Origin: Parcubacteria group bacterium
Lineage (GTDB): Bacteria > Patescibacteriota > Minisyncoccia > Phycocordibacterales > Phycocordibacteraceae
Assembly: GCA_028286605.1 (NCBI GenBank)
Contig: JAQBRE010000007.1
Span: 1-42,536 of the forward strand
Reading direction: 5' to 3'
DNA: 42,536 nucleotides
Below the pieces are notes generated by a model. The model saw only the letters and a program-made list of their open reading frames with translations, was not told the origin of the DNA and searched no databases. Each line of letters begins with the position of its first letter. The stretch's first letter is position 1. Below are positions 16,666 to 25,832 of the stretch, in pieces. The position numbers and the translations under genes are program-made.

Positions 16666-17733
16666 ATGCGGCTCTGCATAGCCACTCCTTTGTACCCGCC
16701 TGAACCTGGCGGCCCTGCTACCTATGCAAAAACGCTGGAAGAAGGCCTCCCTGCGCTCGGCTGGGAAGTATCCTTGGTTACATTCAGTGAGGTTCGGCAT
16801 CTGCCCAGCGGTATACGCCATATCGCGTACATGCTTCGCGTATTGAAGGCAGGCAAAGATGCAGACGTGATACTGGCACTTGATCCTGTTTCAGTAGGAT
16901 GGCCGGCGGCTATCGCCGCCGGCCTCATGCGCAAACCATTCGTCGTAAAGATCGTCGGCGATTTCGCCTGGGAGCAGGGCACGCAGCGTGCAGGTATAAC
17001 TGTGCCGCTCGATGTCTTCGCGCGTACGCGTCGCGTACCATTCTTCGTTTCCATTCTTCGCTCCGTGCAAGAATATGTCGCGCAGCACGCACGCACTATC
17101 ATCGTGCCAAGCATCTATCTGAAAAGTATCGTCACCGCATGGGGAATCGATCCAACGAAGATCGAAGTCGTATACAATGCGCTTTCTATCGATGAAGTAA
17201 TTCCTGAAAAAATACTTCCGCCACACACGATCGTTTCCGTCGCACGACTCGTACCATGGAAAGGAATGCGGGAACTTATCGATGCAGTCGCACAGGTGCG
17301 AAAAGAAGTACCGGATGCGACGCTCATTATTATTGGCGACGGACCGGAGCGTGCGGCACTGGAAGCGCATGCGCGCGACACCGCATCAGATTCTGTACAG
17401 TTCTTAGGCGCACTCTCGCACCCGGAGACCTTGGCCAATATGCGTGCAGCGAGCGTTTTTGCATTGAACTCAACGTACGAAGGTCTTTCACATGTCCTTA
17501 TCGAGGCGCTGCTGTTCGGTACACCGATCGTCGCAAGCGACGCAGGAGGTAACCCGGAACTCATTACGAACGAACAGAATGGTTTACTCGTACCAACGGG
17601 AGATACGCAGGCGCTCACGCAAGCGCTCGTACGTGCACTGCAGGGCCCCAAATTCTCTGCATCACCTGTGGTAGAACGTTTCGCGCTCCCGACGATGCTC
17701 AAAGAAACGAGTGCGATCCTTTCTCGCATATGA
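16666..17733 (+). CDS. Glycosyltransferase family 4
   Basis: YPPEPGGPATY, ARLVPWKG, STYEGLSHVLIEA, GGNPELI. Confidence 0.93.
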   Translation: MRLCIATPLYPPEPGGPATYAKTLEEGLPALGWEVSLVTFSEVRHLPSGIRHIAYMLRVLKAGKDADVILALDPVSVGWPAAIAAGLMRKPFVVKIVGDFAWEQGTQRAGITVPLDVFARTRRVPFFVSILRSVQEYVAQHARTIIVPSIYLKSIVTAWGIDPTKIEVVYNALSIDEVIPEKILPPHTIVSVARLVPWKGMRELIDAVAQVRKEVPDATLIIIGDGPERAALEAHARDTASDSVQFLGALSHPETLANMRAASVFALNSTYEGLSHVLIEALLFGTPIVASDAGGNPELITNEQNGLLVPTGDTQALTQALVRALQGPKFSASPVVERFALPTMLKETSAILSRI

Positions 17734-18869
17734 ACATCCTTTTCATATCTAACGACCCTGCGATCTTCGAAGAAGGAAGTGCAGTGCGCACCCGTATGCG
17801 TTCGTATGCAGATGAAGTAGCAAAGACGGGAGGCATGCTGCATATTCTTTCGCACGCTAAAAAACATATCGAAACATCTGATGGGCCACTCGTGCTGCAC
17901 GGTGTCGGCGGAAACAGATTGCTTGTGCTCCTTTCTATGCGAAGCCGTGCTCGCGCTCTTGTCCGAAAGGAAAATATAGCAATCGTGTCCGCACAAGATC
18001 CGTTCGAGCAGGGAAGGATAGCGCTGCACGCCGTGCGCGGTACGAACGCGAAGTTGCACATGCAACTGCACACGGATGCCTTTTCGCCTTGGTTCACGCG
18101 CGGCGGCATAGCCCGCAGCCCGCGCGTTCGTGTACCGTTCCTGAATCGGATACGAAAGCGTATCGCAGACCGCATCTTGCCGAAAGCCGACGGCATACGG
18201 GTCGTCTCGCAGCGTATCAAGGATTCACTTATTACCCGGTATGGCGAACGGATGCAAAAAGCAGTCGTGATTCCTATACACGTCGATACCGTCATCCCGC
18301 CGAAGGTGGCACTTCCGGAACCAGTGTTCCCGTTCTCGCTCATCAGCGTCAGTCGCCTTGAGCCCGAGAAGCGCATCGAGGATATCTTGTACGCGCTGGC
18401 GGGCCTGAAAGACTCATACCCTGCGGTGGGGCTGATGATAATTGGAAGCGGAAGTCAGCGAGAGCATCTGGAACAACTCACGAAGAAACTCGATATCGAA
18501 AGTCGTGTGCGGTTCCTTGGTGCGCGCGCAGACGCGCGCGGCCTCATGCAAAGCGCGCAGGCATATATACAAGCCAGCGCCTATGAAGGGTATGGCATCA
18601 CGCTCATCGAAGCAGCGCTCGCACGCATACCGATCATCACGACGGATGTCGGTATCGTCGGCGAAGTATTCAAGGGTAATGATTCTGTACTGGCTGCGCC
18701 GCCAGGCGATCCGGCGCAGCTGCTGTATCTTATCCGCCGTCTCGTTGAAGATTCATCTTTGCGCACTTCGCTTGCGATGCGCGCGGAAACGGTAGCAAAG
18801 GAACATCTTGCAGCTATGCATAGCGAACCGGCTGATATTATTGCAGATATGCTTCGCCTCGCTTTATGA
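17730..18869 (+). CDS. Glycosyltransferase family 4
   Basis: SRLEPEKRI, SAYEGYGITLIEAA, TTDVG. ATGA overlap with the upstream gene. Confidence 0.92.
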   Translation: MNILFISNDPAIFEEGSAVRTRMRSYADEVAKTGGMLHILSHAKKHIETSDGPLVLHGVGGNRLLVLLSMRSRARALVRKENIAIVSAQDPFEQGRIALHAVRGTNAKLHMQLHTDAFSPWFTRGGIARSPRVRVPFLNRIRKRIADRILPKADGIRVVSQRIKDSLITRYGERMQKAVVIPIHVDTVIPPKVALPEPVFPFSLISVSRLEPEKRIEDILYALAGLKDSYPAVGLMIIGSGSQREHLEQLTKKLDIESRVRFLGARADARGLMQSAQAYIQASAYEGYGITLIEAALARIPIITTDVGIVGEVFKGNDSVLAAPPGDPAQLLYLIRRLVEDSSLRTSLAMRAETVAKEHLAAMHSEPADIIADMLRLAL

Positions 18870-19891
18870 AATTCTTAATCGTATGTCAGGTCGTAGATAC
18901 GGAAGATCCAGTGCTGGGCTTCTTTCATGAATGGATTGCACGCCTCGCGCTGCGTTTTGAGAGCATCGCCGTTATTTGCTTGAAGGAAGGTGTGCACCAG
19001 CTACCAGGGAATGTACGAGTCTATTCTTTGGGCAAGGAGAAGGGCAGCGTGCCAGGGTTCATGTATGGGTTGCGATTCCTTTCACTGGCATGGAAGCTGC
19101 GTGCAGAATACGATCGCGTCTTCGTGCACATGAATCAGGAATACATCCTTATCGCGGGCTGGATGTGGGAAATCCTGAATAAGCCTGTCTATCTATGGCG
19201 TAATCACTATGCCGGTTCATGGCTGACAGATCTCGCTGCATCAACCTGCACGAAAGTCTTTTGCACATCGCAGCATTCCTATACCGCGAAGTATAAGAAG
19301 ACGGTATTGATGCCGGTGGGTGTTGATCTTGAGCTGTTCAGCATGAACAGAAATATCCGCCGCGAACCGCATTCAATATTGTTTCTGGCGCGCGTCTCTC
19401 CGTCTAAGCATCCCGACATTCTTATCGAAGCGCTCGGTGCACTGCTGAAGCGAAGCATCAGCTTCATTGCTTCGATATACGGATCGCCTCTCCCTGCGGA
19501 CATGGCGTATTACGGGAACCTTAAAGCACGTGCGGAATCGCTCGGACTGCATGATCGCGTACGTTTTTATCCAGGCGTTTCGCATGAGGAAGCCGCCGCA
19601 GTATTCAGCGCGCACGAAGTATTCGTGAACTGTTCACCCAGCGGCATGTTCGATAAGACGCTGTTCGAGGCAGCCGCTTGCGGCTGCCTCGTTATCGCCG
19701 CGAGCCAGGACTTCGCTGCGCAGGCAGGGCCGCAAGCATTCTTCAATGGAACCGCGGAAGATCTTGCTACGCATCTTGAATCGCTCCTGACCACGGAACC
19801 TGATTCTGACCTCAAGCAGAGGCTCACGGAGTCTGCCTCAGAGAACAGTCTGGATGCGCTTATGGGCCGTCTTGCTGCTGCGCTACAATAA
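18866..19891 (+). CDS. Glycosyltransferase family 4
   Basis: DPVLGFFHEW, ARVSPSKH, GMFDKTLFEAAACG. ATGA overlap. Confidence 0.9.
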   Translation: MKFLIVCQVVDTEDPVLGFFHEWIARLALRFESIAVICLKEGVHQLPGNVRVYSLGKEKGSVPGFMYGLRFLSLAWKLRAEYDRVFVHMNQEYILIAGWMWEILNKPVYLWRNHYAGSWLTDLAASTCTKVFCTSQHSYTAKYKKTVLMPVGVDLELFSMNRNIRREPHSILFLARVSPSKHPDILIEALGALLKRSISFIASIYGSPLPADMAYYGNLKARAESLGLHDRVRFYPGVSHEEAAAVFSAHEVFVNCSPSGMFDKTLFEAAACGCLVIAASQDFAAQAGPQAFFNGTAEDLATHLESLLTTEPDSDLKQRLTESASENSLDALMGRLAAALQ

Positions 19892-19895
19892 CGGC

Positions 19896-20642
19896 ATGTC
19901 TTCCTATAAGAACCTTATAAAGCAGCTGCTTGCCGCGCGCGGTTATGAAATTCGGAAGATAGACGAACCGGATAGCGACCCTGCATTCAAGGTTGTTCAC
20001 GAAGCCGTGCGCGATGCCACCATGACCTCGCGCGAGCGCCAGCAGGCGCTCTATCAGGCAGTCAATTACATCGCAGACAATAATATTGAAGGCGACATCG
20101 TTGAGTGCGGCGTGTGGAAGGGAGGAAGCTCTATGATTTCTGCGCTCGCACTTAAGGCGAAGCATCAGACTGACAGAAAACTCTACTTGTATGACACCTT
20201 TGCAGGCATGTCTGCGCCGACTAAGGAAGATGTGAGTTTGCACGGTACGGCAGCGCAAGGGAAGTGGGAAGCGCTCGCAGACGGCGATAAGAATCTCTGG
20301 GATTATGCTTCGCTCAAAGAAGTGCAGGGTAATCTTGCGACGACAGGTTATCCAAAAGATAATCTCATCTTCGTGTCAGGAAAAGTGGAAGATACGATTC
20401 CTGCGACAATGCCAGAACGTATAGCAGTGCTCCGGCTTGATACTGATTGGTATGAGTCGACGAAGCATGAGCTTGAGCACCTGTTCCCGCTCCTTGTTCC
20501 AGGTGGCGTATTAATAATTGATGACTACGGCCATTGGCAGGGTGCTCGCCAGGCGGTCGACGAATACCTTGCGACGCAGCCGCCTATGTTCCTTGCGCGT
20601 ATCGATTACACAGGTCGGATCGGCATAAAGGCGAGGCTATGA
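19896..20642 (+). CDS. TylF/MycF/NovP-family O-methyltransferase
   Basis: GDIVECGVWKGGS, YDTFAGM, LRLDTDWYEST, IIDDYGHWQGARQAVDEY. Start taken at MSSYK (TACAAT 6 nt upstream). Confidence 0.93.
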   Translation: MSSYKNLIKQLLAARGYEIRKIDEPDSDPAFKVVHEAVRDATMTSRERQQALYQAVNYIADNNIEGDIVECGVWKGGSSMISALALKAKHQTDRKLYLYDTFAGMSAPTKEDVSLHGTAAQGKWEALADGDKNLWDYASLKEVQGNLATTGYPKDNLIFVSGKVEDTIPATMPERIAVLRLDTDWYESTKHELEHLFPLLVPGGVLIIDDYGHWQGARQAVDEYLATQPPMFLARIDYTGRIGIKARL

Positions 20643-21277
20643 GAACCCGAAGTACGATTTCCTGTATCTGGAGCGGACAAACGTTGCTACGCATCCGCAT
20701 GAACCGCGCTTTCAGCGCGTTCACCCTTTCGGGAAAGACTATCGACGTAGGCGGCGGCCATCATCCTGATTACTTCGACTACTTTCAGCAGGAACCTGGC
20801 ACGCAGATCGAAGCACTCGATGCATCGCTTTCAGGTATCGATTTCGAAACCGATGCGCTTCCGTATGCAGACGCATCGATAGATACGATTATCTGTGCGA
20901 ATGTGCTTGAACACATATTCAACTATCAGCACCTCACAAATGAGATGCAGCGCATCCTGAAACCGAGTGGCCAGCTCATCGGCTTCGTACCATTTTTACA
21001 GCAGTATCATCCAGATCCGAATGATTATTTCCGCTACACGCGTACGGCGCTCGAACGAATCCTGCATCATGCAGGATTCAATACGGTACAGGTAAGGGAA
21101 GTAGGCGGCGGGCCGTTCCTGGTTAACTACAATATTCTCATGCTTTCGTTGCCGCGTATCCTGCGCGTGCTCCTGTATCCACTCCATAGTGCGCTCGACG
21201 TGGTCTTTCTGAGCCTTCGGCCGGGAGCCGCGAAGCGGCTCCCGCTGGGCTTCACGTTCAGCGCTACTATTTCCTAA
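20639..21277 (+). CDS. Class I SAM-dependent methyltransferase (type 11)
   Basis: IDVGGG, LPYAD.SID.IIC.NVLEH, LKPSG, HPDPNDYFRYT. ATGA-coupled start at 20639. Confidence 0.88.
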   Translation: MRTRSTISCIWSGQTLLRIRMNRAFSAFTLSGKTIDVGGGHHPDYFDYFQQEPGTQIEALDASLSGIDFETDALPYADASIDTIICANVLEHIFNYQHLTNEMQRILKPSGQLIGFVPFLQQYHPDPNDYFRYTRTALERILHHAGFNTVQVREVGGGPFLVNYNILMLSLPRILRVLLYPLHSALDVVFLSLRPGAAKRLPLGFTFSATIS

Positions 21278-21295
21278 AGTGCTAGAATGCCTGGT

Positions 21296-21961
21296 ATGAC
21301 TGTCTCGGATCGTGATCTTCCAGCGCACAAGCGTGCGCTCGTTGCATTCATGCGTGCGCTCCCGCAGGGAGCGCACCTTCTCGATATAGGCTGCGGTTCA
21401 GGAAAAGCTATACGCTGGCTGCATAGCATACGCCCCGACGTCATCATTTCGGGAATGGATATAAATGATAATCAAGAATACATGCCAGCTGGCGTTGTCT
21501 TCAAGTAAGGCTCGGTCGACGATCTGGCTGCAATGTACGCAGCCGATTCGTTTGATGCGGTCATCTGTCAGCATGTGATCGAGCATCTCGTAAATCCGGT
21601 CCCAATGATCGAAGGCATCAAGATGATCCTGAAGAAAGGAGGGAAGCTCTATTTGGAGACGCCGAACTGGACGCGTCTCTTCGTTCCGTTCTCGCATCTG
21701 TATTTCTGGGGAGATTACACTCATATCCATCCATACTCGGTTTCGACGATGTATCGAATGTTCAATGATTTCGATATGCAGGCACGCGCGTGGAGCGTCT
21801 CCTCATGCACGTGGTTTCCGAAGCGCGTAGCCAAGGATTTTTCGAAAAGTACAGCAGATAAGCTTCCACTATATGACGGACGTGGATTCTTTTCTCGTTC
21901 CTTTGCGCGCCTTATTAATCCGTTGCTGCACGATATCCTTATCGCGATTGCAGAGAAATAA
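21296..21961 (+). pseudogene. Class I methyltransferase interrupted by an in-frame TAA (21506-21508)
   Basis: ORFs 21287..21508 and 21533..21961 are in the same frame and read LLDIGCGSG...VVFK*GSVDDL...SFDAVICQHVIEHL...LKKGG...ETPN as one domain. Confidence 0.85.
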
Positions 21962-21978
21962 TCTCTAGAAAAGAATTA

Positions 21979-23253
21979 TTAAGGTATAAGGTCACCCCGT
22001 AAGTAACTGCCTGCCTGAATTGCCGTGCCCCCGCTAGACGCAGTTGCTTGCGCCCACTTCAATTGAACGTCACCGACAGTTCCTGCTGTGAATACTGTTC
22101 CAGCCAAGTGAATCGGACTAGAAGTATTGGGAACTGGAATTACTATGCGCGAGCTAGTGCTACTAGCCATGATCACTCCTTGGCTGGAGCCACTCTGATA
22201 TCCAATTGTGAGAATTGCTCCTGCTGGAGCGCTAAATTCAATAACCAAATCAGCAGATGAGCTGGCAATCGCGAAAAGCTCGCCGTCAATAATGTATCCA
22301 ACGCTAGGTTGAAGGTTTTGTAGAACTAGAGTGTTGTCGTTTGTTGGAGTCGTAGAATTCGTAACGACCTGATCACTAGTCTTTGCCACCTTGGTAATTG
22401 TGTTAAGTGGTGTGGTATAGCTGATAATCACTATTCCTGATCCACCAGAACCACCCGCTGAAGTTCCTCCGCCGTTACCGCCACCCCCACCGCCCGTATT
22501 TGCTGTAGCATTTTGTCCGGCTGCGCCCGTGGCTCCGTTTCCTCCACCCCCGACACCGCCGCTGCCCGAGGTTACTGATCCGCCACCGCCCCCACCGCCA
22601 GCATAGTAAACCGTACTGCCGCTGATGCTCGAAGAGAGACCGTCACCACCATTTCCCGCAACGCCACTCGGCGAACCATTTTGACCTGCTGTGTTCGCGC
22701 CGCCACCGCCACCTGCGCCGTTTGCATTTCCGCCTGGCGTTCCGCCATCATGACCCTGGCCTGGTGTACCTGCGCCACCATTATTATAGGCTGAACCATT
22801 TGAGTTTCCGCCACCACCTGAACCGCCCGGATTAGTAACTGCACCACCACCAATTGCGGTCATAATGGAACCTAAAGAGGAATTACCGCCGTCATTATTT
22901 CCACCGCCCGCCCCGCCCGAACCAACTGTTATTGGATATGATGTTGCACTAACGTGCAGGCTCGTCGTTGCTAAAAAACCACCAGCACCACCTCCTGCAC
23001 CATTGATATCATCTTCACCGCTACCACCCCCGGCCACGACCAGGGCAGAAACCGTTCCACTACCAACACCACTACAATCAAACGTTCCGCTTGAAGTGAA
23101 TGTATGTATCGTATTACCGCCCGAATGCGTAATTGTGCCTCCGATACATTCAGTAGTGAATGCCAAAGCCGGGCTAGTACCAAGAGTCCAGAACAATACA
23201 ACTATAAATAATGGCGAGAGAACCCTCCCCGTGAATATTGTATGTTTTTTCAT
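21979..23253 (-). CDS. Secreted glycine-rich protein with phage-tail-like domains
   Basis: Signal peptide (ALA/F). GGTIT...IHTFTSSGTF, LVVAGGGSG, YYAGGGGG and GGSGIVIISY form a glycine-rich domain, followed by a C-terminal beta domain (VQLKWAQ...GSYL). Confidence 0.82.
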   Translation of the reverse strand: MKKHTIFTGRVLSPLFIVVLFWTLGTSPALAFTTECIGGTITHSGGNTIHTFTSSGTFDCSGVGSGTVSALVVAGGGSGEDDINGAGGGAGGFLATTSLHVSATSYPITVGSGGAGGGNNDGGNSSLGSIMTAIGGGAVTNPGGSGGGGNSNGSAYNNGGAGTPGQGHDGGTPGGNANGAGGGGGANTAGQNGSPSGVAGNGGDGLSSSISGSTVYYAGGGGGGGSVTSGSGGVGGGGNGATGAAGQNATANTGGGGGGNGGGTSAGGSGGSGIVIISYTTPLNTITKVAKTSDQVVTNSTTPTNDNTLVLQNLQPSVGYIIDGELFAIASSSADLVIEFSAPAGAILTIGYQSGSSQGVIMASSTSSRIVIPVPNTSSPIHLAGTVFTAGTVGDVQLKWAQATASSGGTAIQAGSYLRGDLIP

Positions 23254-23332
23254 GCCTACATTTTAGCTCCGTTACTAGTCGTTTTATCTAAGGGGGTGGA
23301 TAAAGATTCCCCACATAGTAGAGTGTATCGAC

Positions 23333-24049
23333 ATGCACGCTTTCTTGAACGACTCGAAGAATAAGGAGCATGCGCTCGAACGAGCGCATGCTCAGCCTGT
23401 CAGCAAAGAGGGTATAGATTATTTTTCATACGAAGATACGCTTGGCATACCCAAAGAAGTAGGATATTGGGAAGATGTAATACTTGGCGAACTTCCGACA
23501 GAAGATGCGAAGGTCTTTCCCGCCGAGTTCCTGAAAGCGGTGCCAGTCGGCGCAGATCTTTCAACGCTTCCGGCGCGCTTCATGCTGTGGCAGTTCGAAG
23601 ATGCTCGTTATGGACTTAAGAATATCCGTGCAGTTCGGAAAGATGCTGTACTCATGGGGTTCTGCGATGAACTCGCTGCGCTGTATCGCAGGGAAATTGG
23701 CGGGACACCGATAGCTCCTCAGGAATTGCAGGAGCTGTTCGATCGCACCGCTGCTGCATGGGCAGTGATCGGCGACCGCCAGCGCATCGCTTCCATGCGC
23801 TTCGCACGCAAATGGGCATGGCTCGGCGCACGCAAATGGGCATGGATTCCTATCAAGGGATGGACCAGTACCTGGAAATGGCTTCTCGCTGCGACGCGCA
23901 ACCGCGCGCGCAGTGGAGCGACCATCATGCTACTTTCCTGGGCAGACGCGTTCAAGTGGATCAGGCCGTGGGAATCGTCCGCACAACGGGTAAGAATAGG
24001 TAAGGCGTGGTTCCTTTCAGCCTTGCAAACTGCGTTTACAAGAGCCTGA
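23333..24049 (+). CDS. Hypothetical protein with Trp/Ala/Arg-rich C-terminal repeats
   Basis: Open 238 aa frame with TAGAGT 8 nt before the ATG. Core YEDTLGIP..GELP..FL.AVPVGADLS and tandem ARKWAW. Confidence 0.7.
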   Translation: MHAFLNDSKNKEHALERAHAQPVSKEGIDYFSYEDTLGIPKEVGYWEDVILGELPTEDAKVFPAEFLKAVPVGADLSTLPARFMLWQFEDARYGLKNIRAVRKDAVLMGFCDELAALYRREIGGTPIAPQELQELFDRTAAAWAVIGDRQRIASMRFARKWAWLGARKWAWIPIKGWTSTWKWLLAATRNRARSGATIMLLSWADAFKWIRPWESSAQRVRIGKAWFLSALQTAFTRA

Positions 24050-24080
24050 AATAAGGATAAAATCCAACCAAATAAGCTCT

Positions 24081-24917
24081 ATGAACGTCAACATCGTCAA
24101 CTATGAAATGGCCTTCGTAAACGGCATTCTGAGCAAGTTCGCCTGGAAGATGAACGAGGAGTTGGAAAAGATGGGCATAAAGAGCGTCGTCACGGATGCT
24201 CCCGATCCTAAATACGATATAAATCATCATATTATTTATTTCGGGTATAAGCATGTCGATTCCTTGAATACAGTGATGATTACGCATCTGAATACTGAAG
24301 AAAAGATCGAACGGCTCCGCGAGGTCATGAAGACCGCAGATGTTGGCGTGTGCATGGCACAACAGACGATCGACGAGCTCGTCGCGCAAGGATTCGACGG
24401 AAGCAAGCTCAAATATGCGGTGCCGGCTGCCGGCGATGAGAAGCTGCCGATTCCGATTACTATACTCACGAATGTGTATCCGGACGGTGTGAAGCGCGAG
24501 ACGATGCTGAACGAGCTCGCGAAGGTAATTAATCCTGAACGATTTATCTTTCGTATAATGGGAAAAAATTGGGATGTCGATGCGCTACGCGCACTCGGTC
24601 TCAATATTGAATACCATTCGGAATTCGATAGAGAGGTACAGAATAATTTCCTCATAAATTCTAAATACAATCTGTACTTTGGCCTTGATCAAGGCTCGAT
24701 GGCAGTACTCGATGCTATTAACGCTGGCTTGCAAATCATTGCACCGCTCGATGGCTTCCAAAATCATTCTGGCGTCGATTTCCCGTTCACGACGCAGGAA
24801 GAGCTTAATGCCATATTCCTCAAGCTGCAGGAATTTCCACTTAAGGACTGGACGTGGGAGCACTACACTAAGAAGCATGTAGAGATCTGGAAGGAACTCA
24901 TGCAAGAAAAGACATAA
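24081..24917 (+). CDS. Putative glycosyltransferase-like (GT-B) protein
   Basis: C-terminal DQGSMAVLDAINAGLQIIAP resembles the GT-B EG.....EA...G motif, and WTWEHY resembles the terminal helix. Glycan-locus context supports this. Confidence 0.6.
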   Translation: MNVNIVNYEMAFVNGILSKFAWKMNEELEKMGIKSVVTDAPDPKYDINHHIIYFGYKHVDSLNTVMITHLNTEEKIERLREVMKTADVGVCMAQQTIDELVAQGFDGSKLKYAVPAAGDEKLPIPITILTNVYPDGVKRETMLNELAKVINPERFIFRIMGKNWDVDALRALGLNIEYHSEFDREVQNNFLINSKYNLYFGLDQGSMAVLDAINAGLQIIAPLDGFQNHSGVDFPFTTQEELNAIFLKLQEFPLKDWTWEHYTKKHVEIWKELMQEKT

Positions 24918-24919
24918 TT

Positions 24920-25786
24920 ATGGAACTGCGCTTTCTAAAACAGAATCGATTCTTCAAGCATCTAAAGCAAGAAGAATATAACGGAAGGATGGCCATGGCG
25001 TTCAGCCGTGCAGCGGCTACAGCGCCTTTGCGAAAAATTGACAGCACAAACCTGCAGTCATGGGAGTTCTCTGGGTTCTGCCAGAATCGTGAAGACGGGG
25101 TCATCGACTATTTAACAGCGAATATTAAAGATAAGAATCGATATTTCGTAGAGATAGGCTCCGCAGATGGCCTGGAAAATAATTCAGCCTGGCTCGCTTT
25201 TGGAAAGAAGTATAGCGGCGTTATGATAGACGGCAGCAAATTGAAATCGGAAGAGAGTAAGGAATTCCTCCAAGCCTACAACCACGGAGTAAAGCATATG
25301 AACGCATTCGTGGATCGCGATACGCTTCCGGAGCTTCTGAAAGGGATACGTGTCCACGATCCGGATTTCTTTTCGCTCGATATCGACGGGAATGATTTCT
25401 ATATCATGAACGGCCTGCTAAACCTGGAGTTCAAGCCAAAAGTGATCTGCGTCGAATATAATTCCGCGTATGGGCCTGATGCTGCGAAGACGATCGTGTA
25501 TGATCCTACGTTCAATTACAAATACGCGACGCCGACGAAGCTTTATTACGGAGTCTCGATACAAGGGTGGAAAACGCTTTTTAAGAAGCATGGATATCAA
25601 TTCGCCGGTATCGAATCTAATGGAGTAAATGCGTTCTTCATCGACCCAACGCAATTCGAACCTGGCTTCTCGAACTCTTTTACGGGGTCGGATTTCATCG
25701 AGAATTTCGTTCAGCTGTATCGTCACCCCGGCGGATGGAAGGCGCAGTTCGCGATCATCAAAGATATGCCGTTTTACGACCTGTAA
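24920..25786 (+). CDS. FkbM-like methyltransferase
   Basis: QNREDGVI, FVEIGSADGLENNS, FSLDIDGNDFY, PKVICVEYN, YYGVS, GVNAFF. Confidence 0.75.
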   Translation: MELRFLKQNRFFKHLKQEEYNGRMAMAFSRAAATAPLRKIDSTNLQSWEFSGFCQNREDGVIDYLTANIKDKNRYFVEIGSADGLENNSAWLAFGKKYSGVMIDGSKLKSEESKEFLQAYNHGVKHMNAFVDRDTLPELLKGIRVHDPDFFSLDIDGNDFYIMNGLLNLEFKPKVICVEYNSAYGPDAAKTIVYDPTFNYKYATPTKLYYGVSIQGWKTLFKKHGYQFAGIESNGVNAFFIDPTQFEPGFSNSFTGSDFIENFVQLYRHPGGWKAQFAIIKDMPFYDL

Positions 25787-25832
25787 CCTTCGTAAATCAG
25801 GAATGGTATACTAGTGTATAAAGCCTTATATT

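Noticed and set aside
16588-16821. N-terminal extensions given by the ORF track (FkbM here; also 19854, 20534, 27694, 31145, 31362, 33297, 34513, 38677)
   Set aside because: They overlap neighbouring genes. Downstream ATGs fit the family N-termini and mostly have a -10 box or stop-start coupling.
17115-18376. Long minus-strand ORFs (318 aa and 225 aa)
   Set aside because: Antisense to clear GT4 genes, with no recognisable motifs.
21506-21508. Stop-codon reassignment or alternative genetic code as the explanation for the in-frame TAA
   Set aside because: TAA, TAG and TGA all terminate clear genes elsewhere in the window, so code 11 applies.
21979-24049. Prophage
   Set aside because: No capsid, terminase, portal or integrase genes. 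Only two genes have a possible phage-like flavour.
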